64,000 nucleotides of DNA. Origin: a virus. Taxonomy: Duplodnaviria > Heunggongvirae > Uroviricota > Caudoviricetes. The translations under genes and the position numbers were made by a program. The notes beneath the pieces were generated by a model. That model made no database searches. It saw only the letters and a list, made by a program, of their open reading frames with translations, and had not been told where the DNA came from. The first letter of the stretch is position 1. Each line of letters begins with the position of its first letter. Below, piece after piece: positions 29,404 through 37,839 of this stretch. The DNA lies in the IMG/VR virus record IMGVR_UViG_3300034157_000063; one strand, given 5' to 3'.

Positions 29404-30155
29404 TGATAAATAAAGTTAAAGACATTGATAAATCAAAGTTAGACCGTATGATTGCTATTGGACTTGAATCCATCAATCATAAAGGTCTACTAAAAAGATT
29501 GTTTACATTAGATGACGTTACAGTAATGACATCTTATGATGGGGTCAATGTTACTATTGAATTTAAAGACACCAAAACTAATGTGTCTATTATAGATTCC
29601 GTATATCAAAAAACAGTGGAAACAAAAACTGATCAATTTATTAAGATTGTTGATAGTCCGCTTGCGGCTCAATTTAAATATCATGTTCTTTTAAATATTG
29701 ATTTAACTTTATTTATTCATTGTGGAGATGAAAAGTCATTCAAAGATGCGATTGAAAATAAAATTATGTTTTATAATGACGACTTTGAACTTTGTTATAT
29801 TCATGAAGCCTTTCATCTTCATAATTATTTTAAAATTAAATATATGATGTCAGAATTCTATATTGGCTATGATTTTGATAAGGATTACAACCCTGTTGGA
29901 AAACTGTTTGTAGGCAATCAGCGGGGGCTTTTTAATGGTATTGTTGATAAATACAATTCTAAGTTTAGGACTTATCAACAGGGCTTTAATGTTGAAGACG
30001 AAAACTTACTCTTAAAACATTATGTGTTAATGGATTCATTAGAAACTTTTGATGAGATATTTACACAGTTTTATGGACCATTACCGAAACCATTAGACAT
30101 AGATTTAGTTCACGATCAACTTAAGTTAGCCAATATGGTTTTATTTAATCAATAG
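29400..30155 (+). CDS. Hypothetical protein (variant motif KLANMVLFNQ)
   Basis: ATGA overlap with the upstream gene. Confidence 0.7.
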   Translation: MMINKVKDIDKSKLDRMIAIGLESINHKGLLKRLFTLDDVTVMTSYDGVNVTIEFKDTKTNVSIIDSVYQKTVETKTDQFIKIVDSPLAAQFKYHVLLNIDLTLFIHCGDEKSFKDAIENKIMFYNDDFELCYIHEAFHLHNYFKIKYMMSEFYIGYDFDKDYNPVGKLFVGNQRGLFNGIVDKYNSKFRTYQQGFNVEDENLLLKHYVLMDSLETFDEIFTQFYGPLPKPLDIDLVHDQLKLANMVLFNQ

Positions 30156-30189
30156 GTGTGTTATTGTAGTTATCAATAGGAGAATAGCG

Positions 30190-30552
30190 ATGGAACATAA
30201 ACAAATATTACAAGAATTTGAAGGTTGTATTGATTCTGTGGATCTTGAAAACAAAACGTTTTGGGCTAAATTATTTGATATCACACAGCCAAGATACGAT
30301 ATTGAAGAAATGGCTGAATTTGATTTCTCTGTTTTTGACGTGACTGATTATCCTAATATCAAAGAAGGTTATCTTTTTGACTGGGTAATTGGTGAGATCG
30401 TAGATGAGCATAATATTCCTATTCGTAGCTTTTCAGAATTATCCTTTCAAAAAAGAACTCGAAAAGAACAAGCAGCTTGGCGAAAAAACTTTGTTAAATG
30501 CAAGAAAGAAGCGAAGAAAATGAGCTTGCGTATACAAAAATTGTTTGATTAA
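30190..30552 (+). CDS. Hypothetical protein
   Basis: AGGAG SD. Confidence 0.7.
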   Translation: MEHKQILQEFEGCIDSVDLENKTFWAKLFDITQPRYDIEEMAEFDFSVFDVTDYPNIKEGYLFDWVIGEIVDEHNIPIRSFSELSFQKRTRKEQAAWRKNFVKCKKEAKKMSLRIQKLFD

Positions 30553-30609
30553 TGTTTTTTGAATAAGTATACCACTTATGCTATAATGTAAAAAACAGTA
30601 GGCAAAAAC

Positions 30610-31677
30610 ATGAAGTCTTTAAAGGATCTTCCATCCATACGTCAAGTTAGACTTGATCACATGTTAGAGATAACACCACAACCAGACAATACATGCCCTT
30701 TGATAGATCCTTTAATCTATTTGGGGCAACGCCGAAGTCCTATCTACGACCTTGACATTGAATACGATCCAAAGCATTTGTTGCTGGATGAGAAAAGTCT
30801 TGCTGAACGTATTGAAACGCTTGAAAAATGGGCCAGTGAAGTGGTTGATGTTTATTCAATATTAGATAAATCCATTATTGATAATGATGATATCGTTAAT
30901 ATGGACGACTATATAAAAGATATTACAGACAGAATATCATGGAATAAAATGTATGAAGTGGGTTGCAGTGTCAAAAGCATTAATGACCTTATTTATGATT
31001 GGCAAGATAAGCATAATTATTACTTACGTGTTGAACGAGAACTCGATAATGCTCAAAAAGAACATGACCAGTTAGAAAGTAATTTTGACTGTGAACCAGA
31101 AGATGACGGTTATGAAGATGCTGTTGCTGCGATAGCAGCAGCGAAGGCTGCAGTTGAAGACATTAATGAAAAACTTGAAGAGTTAAAAGATGACTTTAAT
31201 TCTGATGTTTCTAAACCTTTTGAGAAAGAACTTAATGCCTTCACTGAATTAATGGAATCTATTCGATCAAATAATGATGAATTACGACATGCTGTTGTTT
31301 ATTTAAGAGACATGGTTATTGAATATGCCCACAATGATTTTAATGTTACCCAACCAATGGACTATCTAAAAAAACTCGAAACAGGCAAACCAGATGAAAT
31401 ATCATTAGGGCTTGTTGATAAGGCTTATTACTCCCATACATTTGAAAAATTAACTGAATACCTCAATAAGCATGATGTCATAAATAATATAGCAAAGATA
31501 TTATTAAAAAGATGTGATGACGTTGAACCTTTGTTAGACTTTTTGAAGAAGGCTGGTTATACCACAATACGATATTATGATGATCCGATTACTAGTATAA
31601 AACACCCAGAACTCTACAAAGAAGTAAATTTTAGTCAAGAGTTAATAAATGAAAGTAAACTTAAACCGAGAATTTAA
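30610..31677 (+). CDS. Acidic coiled-coil protein, paralog of 31679..32761; basic tail KLKPRI
   Basis: Shared MKSLK.L.SI.Q, NTCPLI, YLKKLETG...EISLGL.DK and GY.T.RYY. Confidence 0.8.
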   Translation: MKSLKDLPSIRQVRLDHMLEITPQPDNTCPLIDPLIYLGQRRSPIYDLDIEYDPKHLLLDEKSLAERIETLEKWASEVVDVYSILDKSIIDNDDIVNMDDYIKDITDRISWNKMYEVGCSVKSINDLIYDWQDKHNYYLRVERELDNAQKEHDQLESNFDCEPEDDGYEDAVAAIAAAKAAVEDINEKLEELKDDFNSDVSKPFEKELNAFTELMESIRSNNDELRHAVVYLRDMVIEYAHNDFNVTQPMDYLKKLETGKPDEISLGLVDKAYYSHTFEKLTEYLNKHDVINNIAKILLKRCDDVEPLLDFLKKAGYTTIRYYDDPITSIKHPELYKEVNFSQELINESKLKPRI

Positions 31678-31678
31678 T

Positions 31679-32761
31679 ATGAAATCATTAAAAGAGTTAT
31701 CATCCATTAGTCAAATTAAAGAAGATACGTTATTAGGGATTACTAATCAACCACCGAATACATGTCCTTTGATTAATACCCTTATCTTTAATAGCGAACG
31801 TTCATCTGTTGTTTATGAAATAGACATCTTATTTAATCCAGAAGATATGTATTTAACATTGCATGAATTACAAGACCGTGTGGCCCAATTACAGCAGTGG
31901 GCGGTTGATGTTAGTAACTTATTTGATGATGCGGATAAAGACTTAATTCCAGAAGCTCACAGAGAAGATATGCTTGAATATTATACAGACGTTGAAGAAC
32001 GATTGAATCATGACTACCTTGATGAAGTAGAAAGACAAGCCACCAACATTAATAAAGTGATTAAAGAGTGGGAAACACTACATGAATCTTATGTTGAGGA
32101 AGAGAAAGAGCTTAATGAAGAAAATGATCAACTGGCTCGTTTTGAGTCAGATTTCGAAGATCTCGACGTGGATGATGATGACTATATTGATAATAAATAT
32201 GATTTGCAAGAAAAAATAGAAAGAAGTAAAAATGATATTTATCAAATAGAAAAATCGTTAAGCAAGACTAAAACAAAGTTTGAAAACAATGTTGAACGTG
32301 GGTTTGCTGATGATGCAGCAGAGTTTTCGGAGTTACTTGAAAAATTAAGAAGTAATAACGATAACATGAGAACAAGTACACATAATTTAAAGAAAGAACT
32401 GGTTCAGTTTATGGATAAAACCGTTAACTTATTGCAGCCAATGGCCTATCTTAAAAAACTTGAAACAGGTCGTGACAATGAAATCTCACTCGGACTTATT
32501 GATAAAAGCAATGTGTTTGTAAATTACAGTAGAATTGGTCAATATCTTCTCGATAAAGGCGTTATTACACAAATTCAACGTGACGTAATAGGTAAAACAA
32601 GAGATATTGATTCATTAGTCGATATGATGCACAGTTTAGGTTATAAAACGGTAAGATATTACACATCAGAAGATAAATATGTCAGTAATCCAGAAATCTA
32701 TTTTGAAAAGAATATCAAAAACAAACAAGGAAATAATTATAATATTATTCCTAAAATATAA
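31679..32761 (+). CDS. Acidic coiled-coil protein, paralog of 30610..31677
   Basis: ORF 31649..32761; start chosen by paralogy (MKSLKEL). Confidence 0.8.
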   Translation: MKSLKELSSISQIKEDTLLGITNQPPNTCPLINTLIFNSERSSVVYEIDILFNPEDMYLTLHELQDRVAQLQQWAVDVSNLFDDADKDLIPEAHREDMLEYYTDVEERLNHDYLDEVERQATNINKVIKEWETLHESYVEEEKELNEENDQLARFESDFEDLDVDDDDYIDNKYDLQEKIERSKNDIYQIEKSLSKTKTKFENNVERGFADDAAEFSELLEKLRSNNDNMRTSTHNLKKELVQFMDKTVNLLQPMAYLKKLETGRDNEISLGLIDKSNVFVNYSRIGQYLLDKGVITQIQRDVIGKTRDIDSLVDMMHSLGYKTVRYYTSEDKYVSNPEIYFEKNIKNKQGNNYNIIPKI

Positions 32762-32781
32762 TAATAAAAAACAGGCATTTA

Positions 32782-33405
32782 ATGAGTAATAATAAAACAG
32801 CAATTAGAGAATATGTACGAGTCGTTTACAAATTGCACAAAATGACAATGGAAAAACTTGATTATTTTATTAATCTACCCTCTACAAAATGTGAATCTCT
32901 TAAAAGTATTGGAAACAGTGACAATATTATTATCGACATTTATAAATTGAATGGTTATATGAAATACAATATTTTAACATTCTATCACGAGTATGTTAAA
33001 GACCTTTATTCTTTTATCAATGACTACTGCGAGAAATATAACATTGATAAACCACCGCTTGATACTGATATGTGGATATTTAATTATGAAATTAAATCTA
33101 CGATTCAATTGGTAGAAAGTAAAATTGAAACCAACCCAGTCGTGAACGGGCTTACTAATCAAGAAATTATTGATAACATTAACACACTGTTTGAAAGTAT
33201 AGCTTTATTGATTACCCTAGAAGAGAGGATACGTTTATTTACAAATTATGAAAGATTGAATTTATTAGAAGGTCGTAGTTTTAAGTTTTTAAGAAGTAAC
33301 CAATTATTTGATAGAATTCAAAACCTTTTTAATAGTTATCCGCAATCAGGTCATTACAATACTTTAAAAACATCGTTTCTAACTGCACGGGATAAGTTAA
33401 TTTGA
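32782..33405 (+). CDS. Hypothetical protein
   Basis: 207 aa ORF. Confidence 0.65.
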   Translation: MSNNKTAIREYVRVVYKLHKMTMEKLDYFINLPSTKCESLKSIGNSDNIIIDIYKLNGYMKYNILTFYHEYVKDLYSFINDYCEKYNIDKPPLDTDMWIFNYEIKSTIQLVESKIETNPVVNGLTNQEIIDNINTLFESIALLITLEERIRLFTNYERLNLLEGRSFKFLRSNQLFDRIQNLFNSYPQSGHYNTLKTSFLTARDKLI

Positions 33406-33470
33406 TGACAATATAGATATTAAAAAATAATCATAAAAAAAGCAACCATGAAGGCTGCTTTTTCTTTTTC

Positions 33471-33893
33471 TTAATCTCTATCTCCACGCGGTCTATCAGG
33501 ACGACCACCATGATCGTTTCCATTTCCCGGTCTAGGACCGTTACCATTTGGTCTACCATGATTATCAGGTCTGCCATGACCATTGTTATAGTCAGGTCTA
33601 TGTGGACGGTTAGGTCTGTAATCATGTCCCGGTCTATTATAATGAGGTCTATAATCTGGCCTTCTATCATTGTAGTAAGGTCTATATACAGGTCTTGGAT
33701 ACACATACACTGGTGCTGGTTGATAATAAATCTGTGGACGAACAACGGTTTCTGTATAAATCATAGAACTTCCAGATGGAACATACTGCGATCTTGTTGT
33801 TGTTTCTGTATAGCTGTATGAATCATCATAATAAGGATCAGCAATACATCCACTTAGTGTGAACAATAATGGGATGCCGAATAGGAATTTCAT
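33471..33893 (-). CDS. Lipoprotein with Pro/Arg/Asp/Gly-rich low-complexity tail
   Basis: Lipobox LSGC; RPDY/GHGRP repeats. Confidence 0.75.
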   Translation of the reverse strand: MKFLFGIPLLFTLSGCIADPYYDDSYSYTETTTRSQYVPSGSSMIYTETVVRPQIYYQPAPVYVYPRPVYRPYYNDRRPDYRPHYNRPGHDYRPNRPHRPDYNNGHGRPDNHGRPNGNGPRPGNGNDHGGRPDRPRGDRD

Positions 33894-34057
33894 AAGTGCC
33901 TCAGAGATGTTTGTTTAATACTTACATCTTATTCCTATTTTATAGAAAGTAAATCAATATTGTTCTTATTTACAATCAATTTACTCTTTTTTTACTTATG
34001 ATTTAAGAAAAATGTTGACTTAATCTCTTTGTTTTGTTAGAGTGAAAGTAATTTCAA

Positions 34058-34185
34058 AAAGGACAAACACATGAAACATATTAATTTTTCAAACATTGTT
34101 GGTGGTGCCCGTCAAACTTAAATGTTTTGGCGTATACCTGTTTGTCCTTTGACAATGACACGAACCGCCTAACGGCGGTTTTTTT
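34058..34185 (+). promoter_or_regulatory. Ribosome-mediated transcription attenuator (Gly)
   Basis: 1:2 hairpin 34110-34132; alternative 2:3 pairing of GGCG 34129-32 with CGCC 34166-69; 3:4 terminator AACCGCC-TAAC-GGCGGTT-TTTTT at 34163-34185; 34139-34150 is a perfect 12-nt complement of the leader SD region 34058-34069. Confidence 0.78.
34071..34121 (+). CDS. Glycine leader peptide MKHINFSNIVGGARQT
   Basis: AAGGA SD; tandem GGT GGT codons; directly upstream of a terminator and the GlyRS-like gene. Confidence 0.8.
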   Translation: MKHINFSNIVGGARQT

Positions 34186-34222
34186 ATGCTTGAAATTTAA
34201 CAAACTAACTAGGAGAACTATC

Positions 34223-34978
34223 ATGGAATTTATTTACAACTTTAATGCTTTACCTTTTTTAAACAAACGAGACTTGATGTTGAAAGACTATCTGATTAAA
34301 CGGATGGAATTTGAAATTCAAGAGTTACTTTTTGCTCAAAATAAATCATGGCGATTTGTACAAATAGAAGCACCTTGCTTAATTCCGAGAGAATTAGTCA
34401 ATGCCAATTATACAGATGAAGATATCTGGGTGCAGGAACAACATAATCATGACGCTATTGTGCTTAAACCTGAAACCACAGCAAGTTCCTATTTGTATAT
34501 GGAACATCTTTTAAAATCTCAGGAATACATGCCACCATTGTGTGTATGGCAGACATCAAAGAGTTTTAGAAGAGAGCAAGATCAAGTAACCAAACACTGT
34601 AGATACAAAGAATTCTATCAACAAGAATTTCAATGCTTATATACAAAAGACACAAAGAATAATTACCAAGAAAGTATTATAGAACCATTGGCCCAAATAT
34701 TCTTAGATGTTGTTGCTCTACCTGTCAGAATTGTGCTTTCAGATAGATTGCCTGATTATTCTTTGAAAACGATTGATATAGAAGTATTCAATAATGATAA
34801 ATGGATGGAAGTGTGTTCAGTGTCATTAAGAAAAGATTTTACTTATCAGCCTATAGTTAAGAACCAACCAAGAGACTGTTTTGTTCTGGAAATCGCTTTT
34901 GGTCTTGAACGTTTAATCTATAATATTAATCAAAGACAAACAGTGTTTAAAGAATTAGTTGTCACAAATGAACTATAA
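34223..34978 (+). CDS. Class II aaRS catalytic core, GlyRS (alpha2-type)-like, lacking the anticodon-binding domain
   Basis: LKPETT (cf. LRPETA), motif 2 SKSFRRE...RYKEFYQQEFQ, RLPDYS..T.DIE, WMEVCSVS.RKDF and motif 3 LEIAFGLERL; AGGAG SD before ATG 34223. Confidence 0.8.
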   Translation: MEFIYNFNALPFLNKRDLMLKDYLIKRMEFEIQELLFAQNKSWRFVQIEAPCLIPRELVNANYTDEDIWVQEQHNHDAIVLKPETTASSYLYMEHLLKSQEYMPPLCVWQTSKSFRREQDQVTKHCRYKEFYQQEFQCLYTKDTKNNYQESIIEPLAQIFLDVVALPVRIVLSDRLPDYSLKTIDIEVFNNDKWMEVCSVSLRKDFTYQPIVKNQPRDCFVLEIAFGLERLIYNINQRQTVFKELVVTNEL

Positions 34979-34979
34979 T

Positions 34980-35009
34980 CATATAGATGCTTCGGCATCT
35001 ATATGTTTT
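34980..35009 (+). terminator. Intrinsic terminator after the GlyRS-like gene
   Basis: CATATAGATGC-TTCG-GCATCTATATG-TTTT. Confidence 0.75.
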
Positions 35010-35113
35010 ATTATGTTTATTTCGTTATTATATTGACTTTTTTGTGTGTATTGTTAACTTATATTAAGTCGTATCACTAAATATAACAATGAATTTCAAA
35101 TAAAGGCTAAATT

Positions 35114-35602
35114 ATGAATGAAAATGAAAATAATGAATTATTAAAAACAATGTTTAAATGCGGTTTGCAATTATTAATGATTGCAGGTGTTCTTGCTATC
35201 ATTGTTGGAATAGCCAAAGTGACTAACTACTATTCAGCTAATATATGGAGTGCTGTATTATTCGTTAATAATTTATTTTTACCAAGTAAGCATTTTATTC
35301 AAGATAATATCTGGTATTTTGTGGCTACATTAGGTGTTTTTGTGCTATGGCTAATTTGCGTCTTTGCAAAAACGCCAAAAGAACATGTTAAAAGTTTAAT
35401 GACATTAACGAAAATATTGGCAGGAGTTTTGGTGTGTTGTGAAATCCTTCTTCTTTGTGTTGCGGATATGAATGAAGGCGGTTTATCTGGGGTATTGTTT
35501 CTTGTTTCATTTATTTTTCTTGTTGCTATTTGTGCGTTTATGCATGATTTGATTACTGAGATTTCAAATACTAAATTGAAGTTAATTAAAAAAAATCAAT
35601 AA
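35114..35602 (+). CDS. 4-TM membrane protein, related to the 46649 and 47210 ORFs
   Basis: Hydrophobic helices; shared W..CV..K motif. Confidence 0.7.
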   Translation: MNENENNELLKTMFKCGLQLLMIAGVLAIIVGIAKVTNYYSANIWSAVLFVNNLFLPSKHFIQDNIWYFVATLGVFVLWLICVFAKTPKEHVKSLMTLTKILAGVLVCCEILLLCVADMNEGGLSGVLFLVSFIFLVAICAFMHDLITEISNTKLKLIKKNQ

Positions 35603-35652
35603 TATAACAATTATAAAAAAAGAGGCAGGAGCCTCTTTTTCTACATCTGCGA

Positions 35653-36099
35653 TTAGTTTTCTTCTACAATGTACTCAATACCATCGTTATCGAAATACGT
35701 GATCAATTCAATATCAATACCACACATGAAACGACCATCTTCTGTTGGCATTCCCAAATCGGTGCCTACATCAATAAAGAACTCTTTGCCATCTTTAATA
35801 ACCATGACACCATCATCTTGGTACCATTCCATTTTCTCACAACCCGCATTCTCAGCCAGTGTTTCAAAATCAATATCATTACCGGGATAACCGTAGCCAG
35901 TTCTTGATTTGGTGATTTCATCTTTGACCGCCTTGAAACATTCAAGGAAGCTACTAAGATCATCCAGACTTTCAACACCACTTAGAACATAAGGTGGCAA
36001 GGAATTCCAAATATCACGCTCATTCACATCGGTGTGGCAGGTCTTATATTGAATGCAAAATTGATTTTTTGGATGTTCAACTTTCTTTAATGTGAGCAT
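35653..36099 (-). CDS. Hypothetical protein, distant paralog of 13042..13530
   Basis: GAGGT SD; ends ITYFDNDGIEYIVEEN. Confidence 0.7.
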   Translation of the reverse strand: MLTLKKVEHPKNQFCIQYKTCHTDVNERDIWNSLPPYVLSGVESLDDLSSFLECFKAVKDEITKSRTGYGYPGNDIDFETLAENAGCEKMEWYQDDGVMVIKDGKEFFIDVGTDLGMPTEDGRFMCGIDIELITYFDNDGIEYIVEEN

Positions 36100-36275
36100 A
36101 AGTAGACCTCTTGATTGAGTGATGATTATACCATAAATCCATATTTATTTCAAATTTTTCTTTATCTTAACGACTTTTCATGTTACTTTTTGAAACATTA
36201 TTTTCGTTTAATCTTGTTATTATGACTTATTGTCGTATAGTTATAATAGTTAGCTTAAATTAAATGGGAGTCTAC

Positions 36276-36629
36276 ATGAAAAGTTTCAAATCAATTGCTA
36301 TAATATCTTCATATCTTATAGTCATTGTTGCTATGCTAGTTCTTTTACTGGGTTACAATAAAACAATTACTTCTATCGAGAAAGATGGAAAGCTTACAGG
36401 TTTTAGCACTATGAAAGTTAAAGGTGTTAAAGTGGATGTTGCTAATGTTCTCACCAATGATGGTCAAAAAATTAAAGTGAGTTATTCCTGTTTGACAGGC
36501 ACAAGAGAGATTGGAACCAATTTATCCATTGTGATTACTGAACGTGTAACGACTATTGCCTTTATAGAATTTAAGAAAGACACTGCAACGACATTATCAT
36601 CCAACATCTGTATCAAATATAAAGTTTAA
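36276..36629 (+). CDS. Membrane-anchored hypothetical protein
   Basis: N-terminal TM; GGAG SD. Confidence 0.65.
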   Translation: MKSFKSIAIISSYLIVIVAMLVLLLGYNKTITSIEKDGKLTGFSTMKVKGVKVDVANVLTNDGQKIKVSYSCLTGTREIGTNLSIVITERVTTIAFIEFKKDTATTLSSNICIKYKV

Positions 36630-36695
36630 TTCAGTGTTATTTGTTGAAAATCTTTATAAATAATGATATATTATTGCGACTATGAGGATTATACC

Positions 36696-37193
36696 ATGAA
36701 TACAACCGTTATTTCAGTCGCTGGTGATGTTGCTCTTAAAAGTGGTCCTGTTCAATTTGGTGAAAATGATTGGCCGGGAACCTTCTTAACCATCAGTTAT
36801 ATTAAGAAAAATATCAAACCTGCAGAAGAAATTAAACCAGAGAATGTATTGGATGCCGATGGCTTTTCAAAGATGTATATCAATTCTTTCTATAATAATC
36901 TAGTCTCCCAGATCAATGAACCACTGTATGATAACGTCATTACAGTTGATGAAATCACGCATGATGTTCAAGAATTAAATGACATCGACATTCAATTTGA
37001 AAACAAATCACTGAACCGTGTTGAAACTGGGTTTGTGACTGTCAACGGACAGCATGGTTACTTTATTCGTGGTGACGCTTCAGCTTATATTGTTTATACA
37101 CTATCACTACGTTCTTCTTTGTCGGATGAAGAATCTGCTTTTTCTGAGCTTATGTCAAAATCTATTGTCGGTGGATTTCAATTTAAATCTTGA
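36696..37193 (+). CDS. Hypothetical protein (GPVQFGENDWPG; RVETG...FIRGD)
   Basis: GAGGA SD before ATG 36696. Confidence 0.7.
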   Translation: MNTTVISVAGDVALKSGPVQFGENDWPGTFLTISYIKKNIKPAEEIKPENVLDADGFSKMYINSFYNNLVSQINEPLYDNVITVDEITHDVQELNDIDIQFENKSLNRVETGFVTVNGQHGYFIRGDASAYIVYTLSLRSSLSDEESAFSELMSKSIVGGFQFKS

Positions 37194-37252
37194 TAACACG
37201 TTGTGATTGTGGTATCATTCTCGCCTATTATATTTTATGAGGCTTTACAAAA

Positions 37253-37741
37253 ATGAAAATTAAAAGCGGTTTTGCATTCTTCTGGACGACTAAAGACTAC
37301 ATGTCAAATTGGCATCTATCTCCCTTTACTATTGATGGTGTTCAATTCAATTGTGCTGAACAATGGATGATGTATGCAAAGGCCATGCTCTTTGGTGATA
37401 CAGACATTGCAAAAGAGGTGTTGGCCGAACCTATTCCACGTAATCAAAAAGCGTTAGGTCGTAAAGTCAAAGGTTTTGTATCCGAGGTTTGGGAAAATGA
37501 ATGTTTTGCAATCATGGTGAAAGGTTGCCTTCAAAAGTTTCTTCAAAATCCACACCTGAAAGAACAGTTACTGGCTACTGATGACTTGGTGCTGGTTGAA
37601 GCTTCACCCCATGATACTATTTGGGGTATCGGTATGGATGAGAACCATCCTGACGCTACCAATCCAGAAAAATGGCTTGGGCTGAATTTGCTAGGTCTTG
37701 TTCTAATCGAAGTTCGTCGTCTTTTGCGAGAACAACCTTAA
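37253..37741 (+). CDS. NADAR family protein (YbiA-like N-glycosidase)
   Basis: SNWH.SPF, AEQWMMYAKA.LFGD, KALGRKV, KFLQN, LVEASPHDTIWGIG and GLNLLG. Confidence 0.92.
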   Translation: MKIKSGFAFFWTTKDYMSNWHLSPFTIDGVQFNCAEQWMMYAKAMLFGDTDIAKEVLAEPIPRNQKALGRKVKGFVSEVWENECFAIMVKGCLQKFLQNPHLKEQLLATDDLVLVEASPHDTIWGIGMDENHPDATNPEKWLGLNLLGLVLIEVRRLLREQP

Positions 37742-37750
37742 ATAATTAAA

Positions 37751-37777
37751 GAAGTGGCTTAGGCCACTTTTTTTTTT
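37751..37777 (+). terminator. Intrinsic terminator
   Basis: AAGTGGC-TTAG-GCCACTT followed by a long T tract. Confidence 0.8.
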
Positions 37778-37839
37778 ATTCTTTATTGATAATGTCTCGT
37801 TGAAATGATATACTCTTCGAATTACTTTATGGAGCTAAA

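Noticed and set aside
33480-33700. Repeated GGTCT/AGACC-type units as a possible DNA repeat array
   Set aside because: Explained by Arg-Pro codon repeats in the low-complexity lipoprotein.
34127-34222. N-terminal extension of the GlyRS-like ORF given by the ORF track
   Set aside because: It starts at a TTG without an SD and runs through the attenuator terminator. ATG 34223 has a good AGGAG SD.
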